Source: Gemmatimonadaceae bacterium (GTDB taxonomy: Bacteria > Gemmatimonadota > Gemmatimonadetes > Gemmatimonadales > Gemmatimonadaceae). From it: a DNA stretch of 64,000 bases. The number at the start of each line of letters is the position of its first letter. Position 1 is the stretch's first letter. A program made the translations under genes and the position numbers. The notes under the pieces are model-generated. The model searched no databases, was not told the DNA's origin, and worked only from the letters and a program-made list of their open reading frames with translations. The DNA is taken from contig JANRJP010000085.1 of NCBI GenBank assembly GCA_033763905.1, positions 14,276-78,275 of the forward strand. The letters run 5' to 3'. Shown here one piece after another: positions 52,212 through 61,524 of the stretch.

Positions 52212-52289
52212 TTAGCTGCGCACGCACTCCTCGCGCCGGCCCGTGGGCGGCGCGTAGTAATAGGAGCGGGTGGCGGGGGCGAAGGTCAT
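52212..52289 (-). CDS. Tyr-rich attenuation leader peptide MTFAPATRSYYYAPPTGRREECVRS (25 aa; not in the ORF track)
   Basis: ATG 52289 to TAA 52212; TAT TAC TAC at codons 10-12 (52262-52254); overlaps the antiterminator segment. Confidence 0.85.
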   Translation of the reverse strand: MTFAPATRSYYYAPPTGRREECVRS

Positions 52290-52296
52290 CTCAGTG

Positions 52297-52325
52297 AAGA
52301 TGCACGCCGGCGTCGATGCTCGCAA
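52297..52325 (-). promoter_or_regulatory. Putative sigma70 promoter for the leader-phhA transcript (leaderless leader ORF)
   Basis: TTGCGA (52325-52320), 17-nt spacer, CATCTT (52302-52297), then 7 nt to the ATG. Confidence 0.55.
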
Positions 52326-52336
52326 GCGGTTCGTGT

Positions 52337-53611
52337 TCAGGGACTGGCCGTCCACCCGTCTGTCCAGGTGTTGAGCATCGGGCGCAATCCACGCAGCTGC
52401 TGGAGGGCGGCCTTCACCCGACAGCTGTTGTATTGATAGGTCTTGTTGCCATTCAACGTCGCGACCTCCGATGCCGCGGCGTACGCGGTGTCCACCGTCT
52501 TGCGCAAGCCGCTGACGATGGCGCCGGTCATCGTCTGATTCCCGTTCGCGGTGAACTGCTCACCGACCAGAACGATGCCCCCGAAATTGCCACCGCTCGA
52601 CCCCTGCGTCCGGAAATCCCCCTGCACGATCAGCAATCCACGCCGGATCACGCTGTTGCTCAGCGACGGGCAAAGGCTCGTGTAGTCGTACTGCCATCCC
52701 GGACCGGGGAAGAGCGGCGGATTTCCGTTGCGCACCAGGATGGTCGGGTAGTAGGACGTGTCGACCGCAAAGCGGGCGCACGCGGCGGGCGGCAAGCTCT
52801 GGTTCGTCTGCGTGAGGACGAAGTCGGGAATGGGACTGCTACCGCCCGCCACAAGCGCCCAGTTGATGTTCAGGGTGCTCGTCAGCGTCGCGGCATTGCG
52901 AGACTCGTCGACGCCACCGACGACGCCGGCCATCGATCCGCTATAGCCATTCGCGATGTCGCTTGGCGCAACGGCAGCCCAAATGGTGCCATTCTGCGCG
53001 CACTCGTCCTGGCCGCTCAAGGTGCCCGCCGCGCCATTGCGGTTGATGCCGGTCAGGCTCACCCAGCCACCCATCACGTTCATATTGCCCGGCGCGATCC
53101 ACGTGTAGGCCGTCACCACGCGCTCGGCCTGCAGTTCACCGACCGCGCGCTTGCGCGCTGGAATTCCCCGCGAGCGGATGAGCCACAACGAGGAGTCATT
53201 CACCGACGCCGGGCGTCGAATGAGGTAGGCTTTGACCTCTGCCGTATCGGACACGCGAACGCCGCCCACTCGTCGACGGTCGTCGTGATTGCTGACGTCG
53301 AGGGCAAGTGTCACAGTTACACTCGAGTCCGCGGCGACGCTGATGCCGACCCAGTTCGATGGCATCATCGAGTCGCGCTTGGCCGCGGGAAACGTCGCGG
53401 GATCGCGGAAGAAATCGATGAGGAATTTCTGCAGGCCTGCGTTCGCGACTGCCACCGCTTCGATCTCCGCGCGCCGATTGTCGTTCGTCCGTCGCTCGGA
53501 ATTGAGATACGAGTACGCGCCAGCCACCGCCGCCGAAAGCATCACGGCGATCACCAACACCGTGGGAACCACGAACCCGGACCGCCGCGCCGGCCGCACC
53601 TGACGTGTCAT
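52337..53611 (-). CDS. PilX/GspK-like minor pilin
   Basis: RRSG|FVVPTVLVIAVML class III signal lacking Glu5; A...A.AGL segment; last gene of the cassette. Confidence 0.75.
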   Translation of the reverse strand: MTRQVRPARRSGFVVPTVLVIAVMLSAAVAGAYSYLNSERRTNDNRRAEIEAVAVANAGLQKFLIDFFRDPATFPAAKRDSMMPSNWVGISVAADSSVTVTLALDVSNHDDRRRVGGVRVSDTAEVKAYLIRRPASVNDSSLWLIRSRGIPARKRAVGELQAERVVTAYTWIAPGNMNVMGGWVSLTGINRNGAAGTLSGQDECAQNGTIWAAVAPSDIANGYSGSMAGVVGGVDESRNAATLTSTLNINWALVAGGSSPIPDFVLTQTNQSLPPAACARFAVDTSYYPTILVRNGNPPLFPGPGWQYDYTSLCPSLSNSVIRRGLLIVQGDFRTQGSSGGNFGGIVLVGEQFTANGNQTMTGAIVSGLRKTVDTAYAAASEVATLNGNKTYQYNSCRVKAALQQLRGLRPMLNTWTDGWTASP

Positions 53612-54489
53612 TGGGAATTCCGGAAGAACACCGAGGCCGCGAGTCGCGTGGTCTCTGGCGGACGATTGGCCACGCGGGACTGCGACATCCCGGGAATCGT
53701 CACTTGTACGCCAACAATGCGCAGTAACGTGGGCGGAGTCACCCGCGGTGCGTCAACGTCCCCGATGTCGAAGTACCGGAATCGTGCACCTGTATCGAGC
53801 GGTGCCAGAAACTCGATCGAGTCGGCCGCTCCCGGGCCCTGCATCACCCGATACAGTGCCCGCCGTCCGGTGAAGGTGGTGCTCCCGGCAAACCGGTAGC
53901 GGAGCCGGTTCCACAGGACGATCGGCGTCCCCTTCTGCGACGCCGTGTACCCCGGGACAGGGAATAGCGGGAACGTCGCGATCTGATGGCCGGGCAGCTG
54001 ATTGAAGCGAGGCGGAGCGCTGCACGCCAGGCTCGGCCCCGGCATCGTGAGCCAGCCGCTGACGCCGACCTCGCGGTACTCGTACGCCCACGTGAGCTGC
54101 CGCACCGCGTAACCGGAGAACTGGGTGGCCCCCAGCCCGGACATCGTCTGCCGCGTGGAGTCGTAGGGCTGCACCAGTGCGGTGGTGGCATCACACAGCA
54201 CGCCGACGGCCATCGGCATCCGAAACTCCAGCACGCTGTCATTCGCCGTCGTGATCGAACTCGACAGATCACGCCGTACCTCGATCATCCGGAGCTCGGA
54301 CTGCAGCAGTCCGAGGCCCGACGCCGCGCTCACGCGCGACTCGGACGACAGTCGCTGTGCGCTGACGAACTGACTCTGTGTCAGTACGATGCGCACCATC
54401 GCCGTGCCAAGGATCACGCCGATCACCATCGCGATCAGCAGCTCAACGAGTGAGAACCCCCGCCGCCTCTGGAGCCATTCACGAGCCAT
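53608..54489 (-). CDS. PilW-like minor pilin
   Basis: RRRG|FSLVELLIAMVIG N-methylation site; ELRM after the helix. Confidence 0.82.
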   Translation of the reverse strand: MAREWLQRRRGFSLVELLIAMVIGVILGTAMVRIVLTQSQFVSAQRLSSESRVSAASGLGLLQSELRMIEVRRDLSSSITTANDSVLEFRMPMAVGVLCDATTALVQPYDSTRQTMSGLGATQFSGYAVRQLTWAYEYREVGVSGWLTMPGPSLACSAPPRFNQLPGHQIATFPLFPVPGYTASQKGTPIVLWNRLRYRFAGSTTFTGRRALYRVMQGPGAADSIEFLAPLDTGARFRYFDIGDVDAPRVTPPTLLRIVGVQVTIPGMSQSRVANRPPETTRLAASVFFRNSQ

Positions 54490-54944
54490 CAGAACGGCGC
54501 CGGGGGAGGCTGAAATCGCGAGACACGGGCGCGCACGCTGACGAACAAGCGTCGCATCACCGAATCACTCATCACGGACGGCAATGCCGAGACGCCGCCG
54601 GCCCGCTGATCGATCGGGGCCAGCACATTGATGGTGATGTCCCGCTGCGTACTGCTCCCTGCCGGCGTCCGTACCGTGTCGCATCGGAAGAAGCGCAACG
54701 TGCCAGCGGCGGAGACGGTATCCAGGGCGCAGGTGCCGCCGTCCACAAGTGTGGTGAACGCGCGCGCTTCGTACGATTCGATTCGCTGCAGCAACGTCGC
54801 GTTCGCCCGTTGCGCCAGCACGGCCCGCCACGTCAGGCGGGACTGCACGACCTGCAGCCCGGCAATGAAGAGCAGCACGGTGGACATCAGCATCAGGCCC
54901 ACCAGGACCTCCACGAGCGTAAACCCCGGACGTCGCTGGATCAC
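54489..54944 (-). CDS. PilV-like minor pilin
   Basis: RRPG|FTLVEVLVGLML; GTG 54944 overlaps the upstream stop. Confidence 0.8.
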   Translation of the reverse strand: MIQRRPGFTLVEVLVGLMLMSTVLLFIAGLQVVQSRLTWRAVLAQRANATLLQRIESYEARAFTTLVDGGTCALDTVSAAGTLRFFRCDTVRTPAGSSTQRDITINVLAPIDQRAGGVSALPSVMSDSVMRRLFVSVRARVSRFQPPPAPF

Positions 54945-55459
54945 GGGCACCCCGCCGCCGGCGCCAGCGCTCGGGGCACTCCCGCGCGATTCACCGTCAC
55001 CCGTCGAACGGCGGTGTCGCGGCCGGTGCCGACCCGGAGCGCAAAGCACGCGGCGGTCGACAGGGATGACGGCACGAAGACCACACTGTCAACAGGCGCT
55101 CCGCTGTTGGATACGGCGACCGCGGTGAGCCCATACTCGGTGTCCGGTCCCATCGCGCGGCGCGCAATGAACACACCCGTTCCGAGGCTCCCGGTGAGCC
55201 GCGTCTGAATCTCGCCTAGCGCGGCGTCCCACTGCACCACGACGGGACGTCGACGCCGAGACGCGGCCGACGCCGCCGACGAAATCTCACCAATGAGGGC
55301 GGACTGTGCATTCTGCAGTCGCGACAACCGCACGCTTCGCTGGATCCGTGGCACCGATACGGCCGACAGAATGCCGACGATCGTGATGACGATCATCAGT
55401 TCGAAGAACGTGAATCCAGCGCGCGATCGGACCCTGGAGTCGTGGTAGATTACGAACAC
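54941..55459 (-). CDS. FimT/FimU/GspH-like minor pilin
   Basis: SRAG|FTFFELMIVITIVGILSAVSVP. Confidence 0.82.
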   Translation of the reverse strand: MFVIYHDSRVRSRAGFTFFELMIVITIVGILSAVSVPRIQRSVRLSRLQNAQSALIGEISSAASAASRRRRPVVVQWDAALGEIQTRLTGSLGTGVFIARRAMGPDTEYGLTAVAVSNSGAPVDSVVFVPSSLSTAACFALRVGTGRDTAVRRVTVNRAGVPRALAPAAGCP

Positions 55460-55581
55460 AGCAATGGGCAGCAGATGAGCCTTTGCACGAAACCTCGCTC
55501 AAAATGTCGGCTTGAGTCCCACGGTTCCGTGATCCCCGGCTACGGCTGTTGCGAAATCCTTGACGCGGCGGGCCGGAGCAG

Positions 55582-56097
55582 TCATATGCCCTTGAACTGC
55601 TCGAAGGGCTGCGAGCAGGCGCGGCAGAAGCGAATCGACTTGCAGGCCGTGGGGCCGAACTCGCTTCGCAGTTCGGTCTCGCGCGACCCGCAGTATGGAC
55701 ACGCCACCACGTCCGGCTCGCGACGCTTGAGGATCTGCACGAGCACGTCGCCCTCGTCGTGCGCACGCGGACCCGGCGGGGCAATGCCGTACGCGCGCAG
55801 CTTCTCGCGCGCTTCGGGGCCGATCCAGTCGGTCGTCCACGCCGGCGTGAAGGTCATTCGCACGCGAGGGCCGGGCAGTCCCGCACGCGTCAGCGCGCCG
55901 AGCACTTCGTCCTCGATCGTACGCATCGCTGGACAGCCCGAGTAGGTCGGCGTGATCGTGACTTCGGTGAAGTCGTCACCCAGCGCCACGTCGCGGATGA
56001 TCCCGAGGTCGACGACCGACAGCACGGGCACTTCGGGATCACGCACCGTGGTGAGGATCTCGAAGACCTCCTCGCGTGTGCGCGGGACGGCCATCAC
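55582..56097 (-). CDS. paaD: Phenylacetyl-CoA epoxidase subunit D
   Basis: DPEVPVLSVVDLG, TPTYSGCPA, PAWTTDW, CPYCGS, FGPTACK...C..C.QPF. Confidence 0.93.
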   Translation of the reverse strand: MMAVPRTREEVFEILTTVRDPEVPVLSVVDLGIIRDVALGDDFTEVTITPTYSGCPAMRTIEDEVLGALTRAGLPGPRVRMTFTPAWTTDWIGPEAREKLRAYGIAPPGPRAHDEGDVLVQILKRREPDVVACPYCGSRETELRSEFGPTACKSIRFCRACSQPFEQFKGI

Positions 56098-56101
56098 GCC
56101 A

Positions 56102-56977
56102 TCACCACGACGCGCCAGGATGCGCCCGTGCCACGCTTTGCATTTCGGCGAGCATATGCCCCAGATGCTCGGTGTGTCGACCGAGCCGGCCGCCGGTGGG
56201 CTGCCACTCCGAAGTCGGCACCGTCAGCGTCGCCTGCGAGAGCACGGCCTGCACCGTGCGCTCCCACTCGGCGCGCAGGGTCGCGAGGTCGGGCGCACCG
56301 ATCTGCCCCTGCACCGCCGCATCGACGCCGTCCTGCCAGAACAGCTCGGTGTGGTACGGCCAGAGCTGATCGAAGGCCGCCTGCACCCGCGCGTGGCTCT
56401 CGGCGGTGCCGTCGCCGAGCTTGAGCACCCACTCGGCGCTGTGGCGCAGGTGGTACACCGACTCCTTGTACGACTTCGCGGCGACACCCGCGACTTCCGC
56501 GTGCGAACAGCCCTGCAGCGCCTTGAGGAACGGCACCTGCAGCGCGGAGAACAGAAACAGCCGCGCGATCGTGACGCCGAAATCTCCCTTGGGAAGCTCG
56601 ACGAGCATCACGTTGCGGAAGGCGACGTCATCGCGGAAATACGCGTAGTCGTCCGCCGTCTTGCCGTTTCCTTCGGCGGCCGCCGCGATGGTGTAGAAGG
56701 CGTTCGCCTGGCCGATCAAATCCAGTGCGATGTTTGCCAGCGCGATGTCTTCTTCGAGAATCGGCGCGTGCCCGCACCACTCGCTCAGCCGATGGCCGAG
56801 CACGAGACGGTCATCGGACAAACGCAGGAGGTACTCGACGAACGCGTTGGCCGGCTGTCCCGACGTGATCGAGGCACGGACCGGCCCCAACTCGGTGGTG
56901 ACCGGCACGATGCGCGGCGCGACCTTGGCGCCCGCGCCGGACTCCGGTTCGTCCGGGATGTCCTGCTCGGCCGCCAT
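56102..56977 (-). CDS. paaC: Phenylacetyl-CoA epoxidase subunit C
   Basis: LGHRLSEWCGHAPILEEDIALANIALDLIGQA, KE..YH, GRHTEHLG. Confidence 0.93.
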   Translation of the reverse strand: MAAEQDIPDEPESGAGAKVAPRIVPVTTELGPVRASITSGQPANAFVEYLLRLSDDRLVLGHRLSEWCGHAPILEEDIALANIALDLIGQANAFYTIAAAAEGNGKTADDYAYFRDDVAFRNVMLVELPKGDFGVTIARLFLFSALQVPFLKALQGCSHAEVAGVAAKSYKESVYHLRHSAEWVLKLGDGTAESHARVQAAFDQLWPYHTELFWQDGVDAAVQGQIGAPDLATLRAEWERTVQAVLSQATLTVPTSEWQPTGGRLGRHTEHLGHMLAEMQSVARAHPGASW

Positions 56978-57279
56978 CAGTACACCCGGATGCCCTTGGG
57001 CACCTTGTAGAAGTACGGGTGGCGATACGCCTTGTCGGCGCCGGGCTCGAAGAACGGCCCCGCGTCGCCGGGCGTGGACGCGACGATCGCGCCCGTGGGC
57101 ACGACCCAGATGGAGATCACCTTGCCGCGACGACCAAACACGTCACGCGCATTTTGCAGGGCGTGCTCGGCATCCGTGGCGTGCACGCTGCCCGCGTGCT
57201 CGTGCGGGGCACCCTGCTCTTCCTGCGTGAAGACCTCCCACAGAGGCCACTGGGTGTCGGCGGGGACGGACGCGCTCAT
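56977..57279 (-). CDS. paaB: Phenylacetyl-CoA epoxidase subunit B
   Basis: WPLWEVF, H.GS.HA.D..AL.NARDV..RR, SIWVV, DK.YRHP. Confidence 0.93.
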   Translation of the reverse strand: MSASVPADTQWPLWEVFTQEEQGAPHEHAGSVHATDAEHALQNARDVFGRRGKVISIWVVPTGAIVASTPGDAGPFFEPGADKAYRHPYFYKVPKGIRVY

Positions 57280-57281
57280 CG

Positions 57282-58292
57282 TCAGGCCGCAGCGGTGCTG
57301 CCGGAACCCTTCGGCGTGCCCGACTTCTTGTCGGCGTAGGCCTGCGCGGCCACGCGTACCCACTCGCCGTCGCTGTGCGCCTTTTTGCGCGCCGCGAGCC
57401 GTTCCCGATTGCACGGGCCGTTGCCGTTGACGACCGCCCAGAACTCGCTCCAGTCGATCTCGCCGAAGACCCAGTTCTGCGTGTCGGCGTCGTAGCGCAG
57501 GTCGGGGTCCGGCAGCCGAACGCCGATCGCCGAGGCCTGCGGCACCGTGAGGTTCACGAAGCGCTGCCGCAGTTCGTCGTTGGTGAAGCGCTTGATGCGC
57601 CAGTCCAGCAGATCCTTCGAGTTCGGCGAGTTGGTGTCGCTCGGTCCGAACATCATCAGGGACGGCCACCACCAGCGGTTCACGGCGTCCTGCAGCATCG
57701 CCTTCTGCGCGTCGGTGCCCTGCGACAGCGTCGCGCAGATCTCGAAGCCCTGGCGCTTGTGGAAGTTCTCTTCCTTGCAGATGCGGATCATCGCGCGGGC
57801 GTAGGGCCCGTACGAAGCCTTGGCGAGCACCGTCTGGTTGACGATCGCCGCGCCGTCGACGAACCAGCCGATCACACCGATGTCGGCCCAGGTCAGCGTG
57901 GGATAGTTGAAGATCTGCGAGTACTTCGCCTTGCCGCTCAGCAGGTCGGCGACGAGTTCATCGCGCGACACGCCGAGGGTCTCGGTGCCGCAGTAGATGT
58001 AGTGCCCGTGCCCGGCTTCATCCTGCACCTTGGCGATCAGGGCCATCTTGCGGCGCAGGTTCGGCGCCCGGGTGATCCAGTTGCCCTCGGGGAGCATCCC
58101 GACGATCTCGCTGTGGGCGTGCTGCGACATCATCCGGATCAGCTGGCGGCGATACTTCGCCGGCATCCAGTCCTTGGGTTCGATGCTCTCGCCACGGTCG
58201 ATGCGCGCCTGGAACTCGGCGAGCAGCGCGGGATCTTCAACGGCGGCCGGTGCGGGGCGCTCGACAGCGGTTTCGACGTTTGCTCCGTACAT
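57282..58292 (-). CDS. paaA: Phenylacetyl-CoA epoxidase catalytic di-iron subunit A
   Basis: [55 protein letters not shown] 58292. Confidence 0.96.
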   Translation of the reverse strand: MYGANVETAVERPAPAAVEDPALLAEFQARIDRGESIEPKDWMPAKYRRQLIRMMSQHAHSEIVGMLPEGNWITRAPNLRRKMALIAKVQDEAGHGHYIYCGTETLGVSRDELVADLLSGKAKYSQIFNYPTLTWADIGVIGWFVDGAAIVNQTVLAKASYGPYARAMIRICKEENFHKRQGFEICATLSQGTDAQKAMLQDAVNRWWWPSLMMFGPSDTNSPNSKDLLDWRIKRFTNDELRQRFVNLTVPQASAIGVRLPDPDLRYDADTQNWVFGEIDWSEFWAVVNGNGPCNRERLAARKKAHSDGEWVRVAAQAYADKKSGTPKGSGSTAAA

Positions 58293-58468
58293 GGGGCTCG
58301 GGGCGCGCGGTGATTCAGGGCCGTCCCGGAGTCGAGGCGGCGTAAGTCGTTTCCAGCTAACGAAATGTCGGCGACCGCACGACGATTGCAATAGGACCCG
58401 ACGCACCGCAGGTTCCTGTCGTCCGCTGGCGCCGAACGGACTGCCGTTCCAGACCCATTTTCTCTGCA

Positions 58469-59242
58469 ATGACCGCCTCCGCCGTCGATCCCGGCCGTGT
58501 CACCGTCACCCAGGACGGGACCATTGCCACCGTGTCGTTTCACCACCCCCGCGGGAACTCGCTGCCCGGGGCGCTGCTGCGCGACCTCGCGAAGACCATC
58601 ACCGAGACCGGGGCTCGGCCGGACGTGCGGGTCATCGTCCTGCGGAGCGAAGGCACGGGGCCGTGGTGTGCCGGGGCGTCGTTCGACGAGTTGGTGGCGA
58701 TCGACTCACCGGCTCGCGGGCTGGAGTTCTTCAGCGGCTTTTCCGGCGTGATCCTCGCGATGACGCGGGTGCCGCAGTTCGTCATCGCGCGCATCCACGG
58801 CAAGACGGCGGGCGGCGGCGTCGGGCTCACGGCGGCCGCCGACTATGCGATCTGCACCGAAAGGGCGGCCTTCCGCCTGTCGGAGCTCGCCGTCGGGATC
58901 GGCCCCTTCGTGGTTGGTCCCGTGATCGAGAAGAAGATCGGCACCGGGCCCTATGCGGCGATGACCGTCGACGCCGACTGGCGCGACAGCGCGTGGGCCG
59001 AACGGCACGGGCTGGTGGCGAAGGTCGTTGCCGATGAGGCCGCCCTCGACACCGCCGTGCGGCAGCTGGCGGACACGCTGGCGCAGTCCAACCCCGAGGC
59101 GATGGCCGACTTGAAGCGTGTCTTCTGGTCCGGCACGGAGCACTGGCCGCAGTTGCTCTCGGAGCGCGCAGCCGCCAGCGGCCGTCTGGTCTTGAGCGAC
59201 TTCACGCGCGACGCGATCGCGAAGTTCAAGGCGAAGGCGTGA
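58469..59242 (+). CDS. Enoyl-CoA hydratase/isomerase family protein
   Basis: [25 protein letters not shown]; divergent from paaA. Confidence 0.88.
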   Translation: MTASAVDPGRVTVTQDGTIATVSFHHPRGNSLPGALLRDLAKTITETGARPDVRVIVLRSEGTGPWCAGASFDELVAIDSPARGLEFFSGFSGVILAMTRVPQFVIARIHGKTAGGGVGLTAAADYAICTERAAFRLSELAVGIGPFVVGPVIEKKIGTGPYAAMTVDADWRDSAWAERHGLVAKVVADEAALDTAVRQLADTLAQSNPEAMADLKRVFWSGTEHWPQLLSERAAASGRLVLSDFTRDAIAKFKAKA

Positions 59243-61524
59243 AGCGCCGCACGTTCCTCCTGACCGGGCTGACTGCTGGCGGCGCGCTGGTGCTCGGCTG
59301 GGCGACGCTCGGGCCTCGCCAGCGATTGCGCGGTTCGCGCCCACTCCCGACCACCGGCGGCGAGGTTCCGATCAATGGCTGGGTCAAGATTGCGCCCGAC
59401 GAGACGGTGACGGTCATCGTCCCCAAGTCGGAGATGGGCCAGGGAATTCACACGGCCTGCGCGATGATCCTCGCCGAGGAACTCGACGCGGATTGGTCGC
59501 GCGTGCGGGTGGAACACGCGCCGATCGACAAGATCTACAACAACATCGCTGCCGTCGTCGATGCGCTGCCGATGAATCCGGACAGCGACGGGATGCTCAA
59601 GCAGATGGTACGCACGAGCGTCGCGAATTACGCCCGCGAAATGGGGTTCATGTTCACCGGCGGTTCGTCCAGCGTCACCGATACGTGGGAGCCGATGCGC
59701 AATGCGGGCGCGATGGCCCGCGCCGCGCTGCGTGCCGCCGCGGCGGCGCAATGGAACGTGCTCCCCGAGGCGTGCCGCGTCGAGGATGGGGTGGTGATTC
59801 TCAACGATCGGCGCCTGACGTTCGGCGCACTCGCCACTGCGGCCCGCGACCACCTGCCGGACCGCTGGAGCCTCAAGACGCCGCAGCAGTTCTCGTTGAT
59901 CGGCACGTCGCCGGTGCGACTGGATGCGGCAGACAAGTCCAACGGCAAGGCGGTCTTCGGCTTCGACGCCGGTCCTGCCGACCGGCTCTATGCGGCGGTC
60001 GCGCTGCCGCCGTCGCTGGGTGCCACGGTCGCGCGCGTCGACGACGCGAAGGCCAAGGCCATCCCCGGTGTCATCGCCGTGGTGCCACTCGCCGGCGGTC
60101 GATACGGCAGCCGACCCGGCGTGGCCGTCGTCGCGAAGGATTGGCCCACCGCGCGGCAGGGTGTCGACGCACTCGCCACCCAGTGGGCCGAAGGCGATGG
60201 CGGCGAGTTCTCGTCGCGCGAAGCGGCGATGGACCTCGAAGCCCGTGCCGTGCGCAACGACGGCAAGATCTGGCGCGACGACGGTGATGTGGTCGAAGCC
60301 TATCGGCGCGCCGTGTACTCGGTGGAGGCGGCGTACGGCGTGCCCTACCTCGCCCACGCCCCGATGGAGCCGGAAAACTGCACCGTGCTCGTGCGAGACG
60401 GCGCCGCGGAGGTGTGGACGGGTACGCAGGTCCCCGGCGTGGTTCGGCGCGCGGTAGCCGACCTCTGCGACCTCGACGAAGACGACGTGACTCTGCACCA
60501 GCAGGTGCTCGGTGGCGGCTTCGGCCGACGACAGATCGTGGACTATGTGGTCAGCGCCGCCGAGATCGCCAAGGCGGTCCCGGGTCGTGCGGTGCAGCTG
60601 CTCTGGACGCGCGAGCAAGACATTCAGCAGGGGCCGTTTCGTCCGCTGAATCGCGCGCGCCTTACCGCAGCACTCGATGGCGACGGCCGCATTACCGCGC
60701 TCACGTCCGCATCGGCGGGCCAGTCGATGGTCCAGGGCTGGTCCCGGTATCTCGAGGATCGCATCGCCCAGAACTTCCCCGAGAAGACCACCGTCGAAGG
60801 GCTGATCGACCAGCCGTACACCTTCCCTGCGATTCGCGTGGTGCACGATCGCGTCGATTTGCCGGTCCCGGTGCACAACTGGCGTGCCGTCGGGCATTCG
60901 TACACGGGTTTCTATCTCGAGTCGTTCATCGACGAGTGCGCGGCGGTCAAACAGCTCGATCCGATCACCTATCGGTTGGCGATGCTGGCGTCGAGTCCGC
61001 GCGCGCGCGCTGTGCTGTCGTTGGCCGCCGAGAAAGCAGGATGGAACGCGCCGATCGCTCCGGCGAGCCCCGGCGCACGGGCCGGCCGCGGCGTCGCGCT
61101 CCGGCGCTGCTTCAATGCCTATGAGGCGCAGATTGCCGAAGTGGAGATCTCGGCGGACCGGCAGCTTCGCGTCCGGCGCGTGGTCTCGGCGATCGACTGC
61201 GGCTACGCGGTGAACCCCGACGGCGTCAAGCAACAGATGGAGAGTGGCATCCTCTTCGGCTTGAGCGCGGCGCTCCACGGCGAAATCACCATCGAAAAAG
61301 GCCGCGTGGCGCAGTCCAACCTGCACGACTACCGACCGCTGCGGCTGTCGGAAACGCCGGTGATCGAGACGCACATCGTGGTGAGCGACGAACCGCCCGG
61401 CGGCGTGGGCGAAGTCGGCGTCGCGGCGATCGCGCCCGCAGTCACGAACGCGATCTTCGCGGCGGGCGGTGGACGAATCCGCAACCTGCCGATTCGGCTC
61501 GAGAAGGCGGAGGTGGTGCGATGA
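59239..61524 (+). CDS. Xanthine-dehydrogenase-family molybdopterin subunit (IorB-like) with a Tat-like N-terminus
   Basis: MKRRTFL; EMGQG..T...AEELDADW, TGGS.S, HAPMEP.NC, GGGFGRR, GGVGE. Confidence 0.9.
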   Translation: MKRRTFLLTGLTAGGALVLGWATLGPRQRLRGSRPLPTTGGEVPINGWVKIAPDETVTVIVPKSEMGQGIHTACAMILAEELDADWSRVRVEHAPIDKIYNNIAAVVDALPMNPDSDGMLKQMVRTSVANYAREMGFMFTGGSSSVTDTWEPMRNAGAMARAALRAAAAAQWNVLPEACRVEDGVVILNDRRLTFGALATAARDHLPDRWSLKTPQQFSLIGTSPVRLDAADKSNGKAVFGFDAGPADRLYAAVALPPSLGATVARVDDAKAKAIPGVIAVVPLAGGRYGSRPGVAVVAKDWPTARQGVDALATQWAEGDGGEFSSREAAMDLEARAVRNDGKIWRDDGDVVEAYRRAVYSVEAAYGVPYLAHAPMEPENCTVLVRDGAAEVWTGTQVPGVVRRAVADLCDLDEDDVTLHQQVLGGGFGRRQIVDYVVSAAEIAKAVPGRAVQLLWTREQDIQQGPFRPLNRARLTAALDGDGRITALTSASAGQSMVQGWSRYLEDRIAQNFPEKTTVEGLIDQPYTFPAIRVVHDRVDLPVPVHNWRAVGHSYTGFYLESFIDECAAVKQLDPITYRLAMLASSPRARAVLSLAAEKAGWNAPIAPASPGARAGRGVALRRCFNAYEAQIAEVEISADRQLRVRRVVSAIDCGYAVNPDGVKQQMESGILFGLSAALHGEITIEKGRVAQSNLHDYRPLRLSETPVIETHIVVSDEPPGGVGEVGVAAIAPAVTNAIFAAGGGRIRNLPIRLEKAEVVR

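Noticed and set aside
55460..55581. Possible c-di-GMP-I riboswitch or sigma54 promoter upstream of the pilin cassette (CACGGAACCGTG-GGACTCAAGCC; GG-N10-GC)
   Set aside because: It lacks the GGCAAA element, GNRA loop and receptor helix, and the sigma54 match is partial. An Infernal/Rfam scan would be needed to support it.
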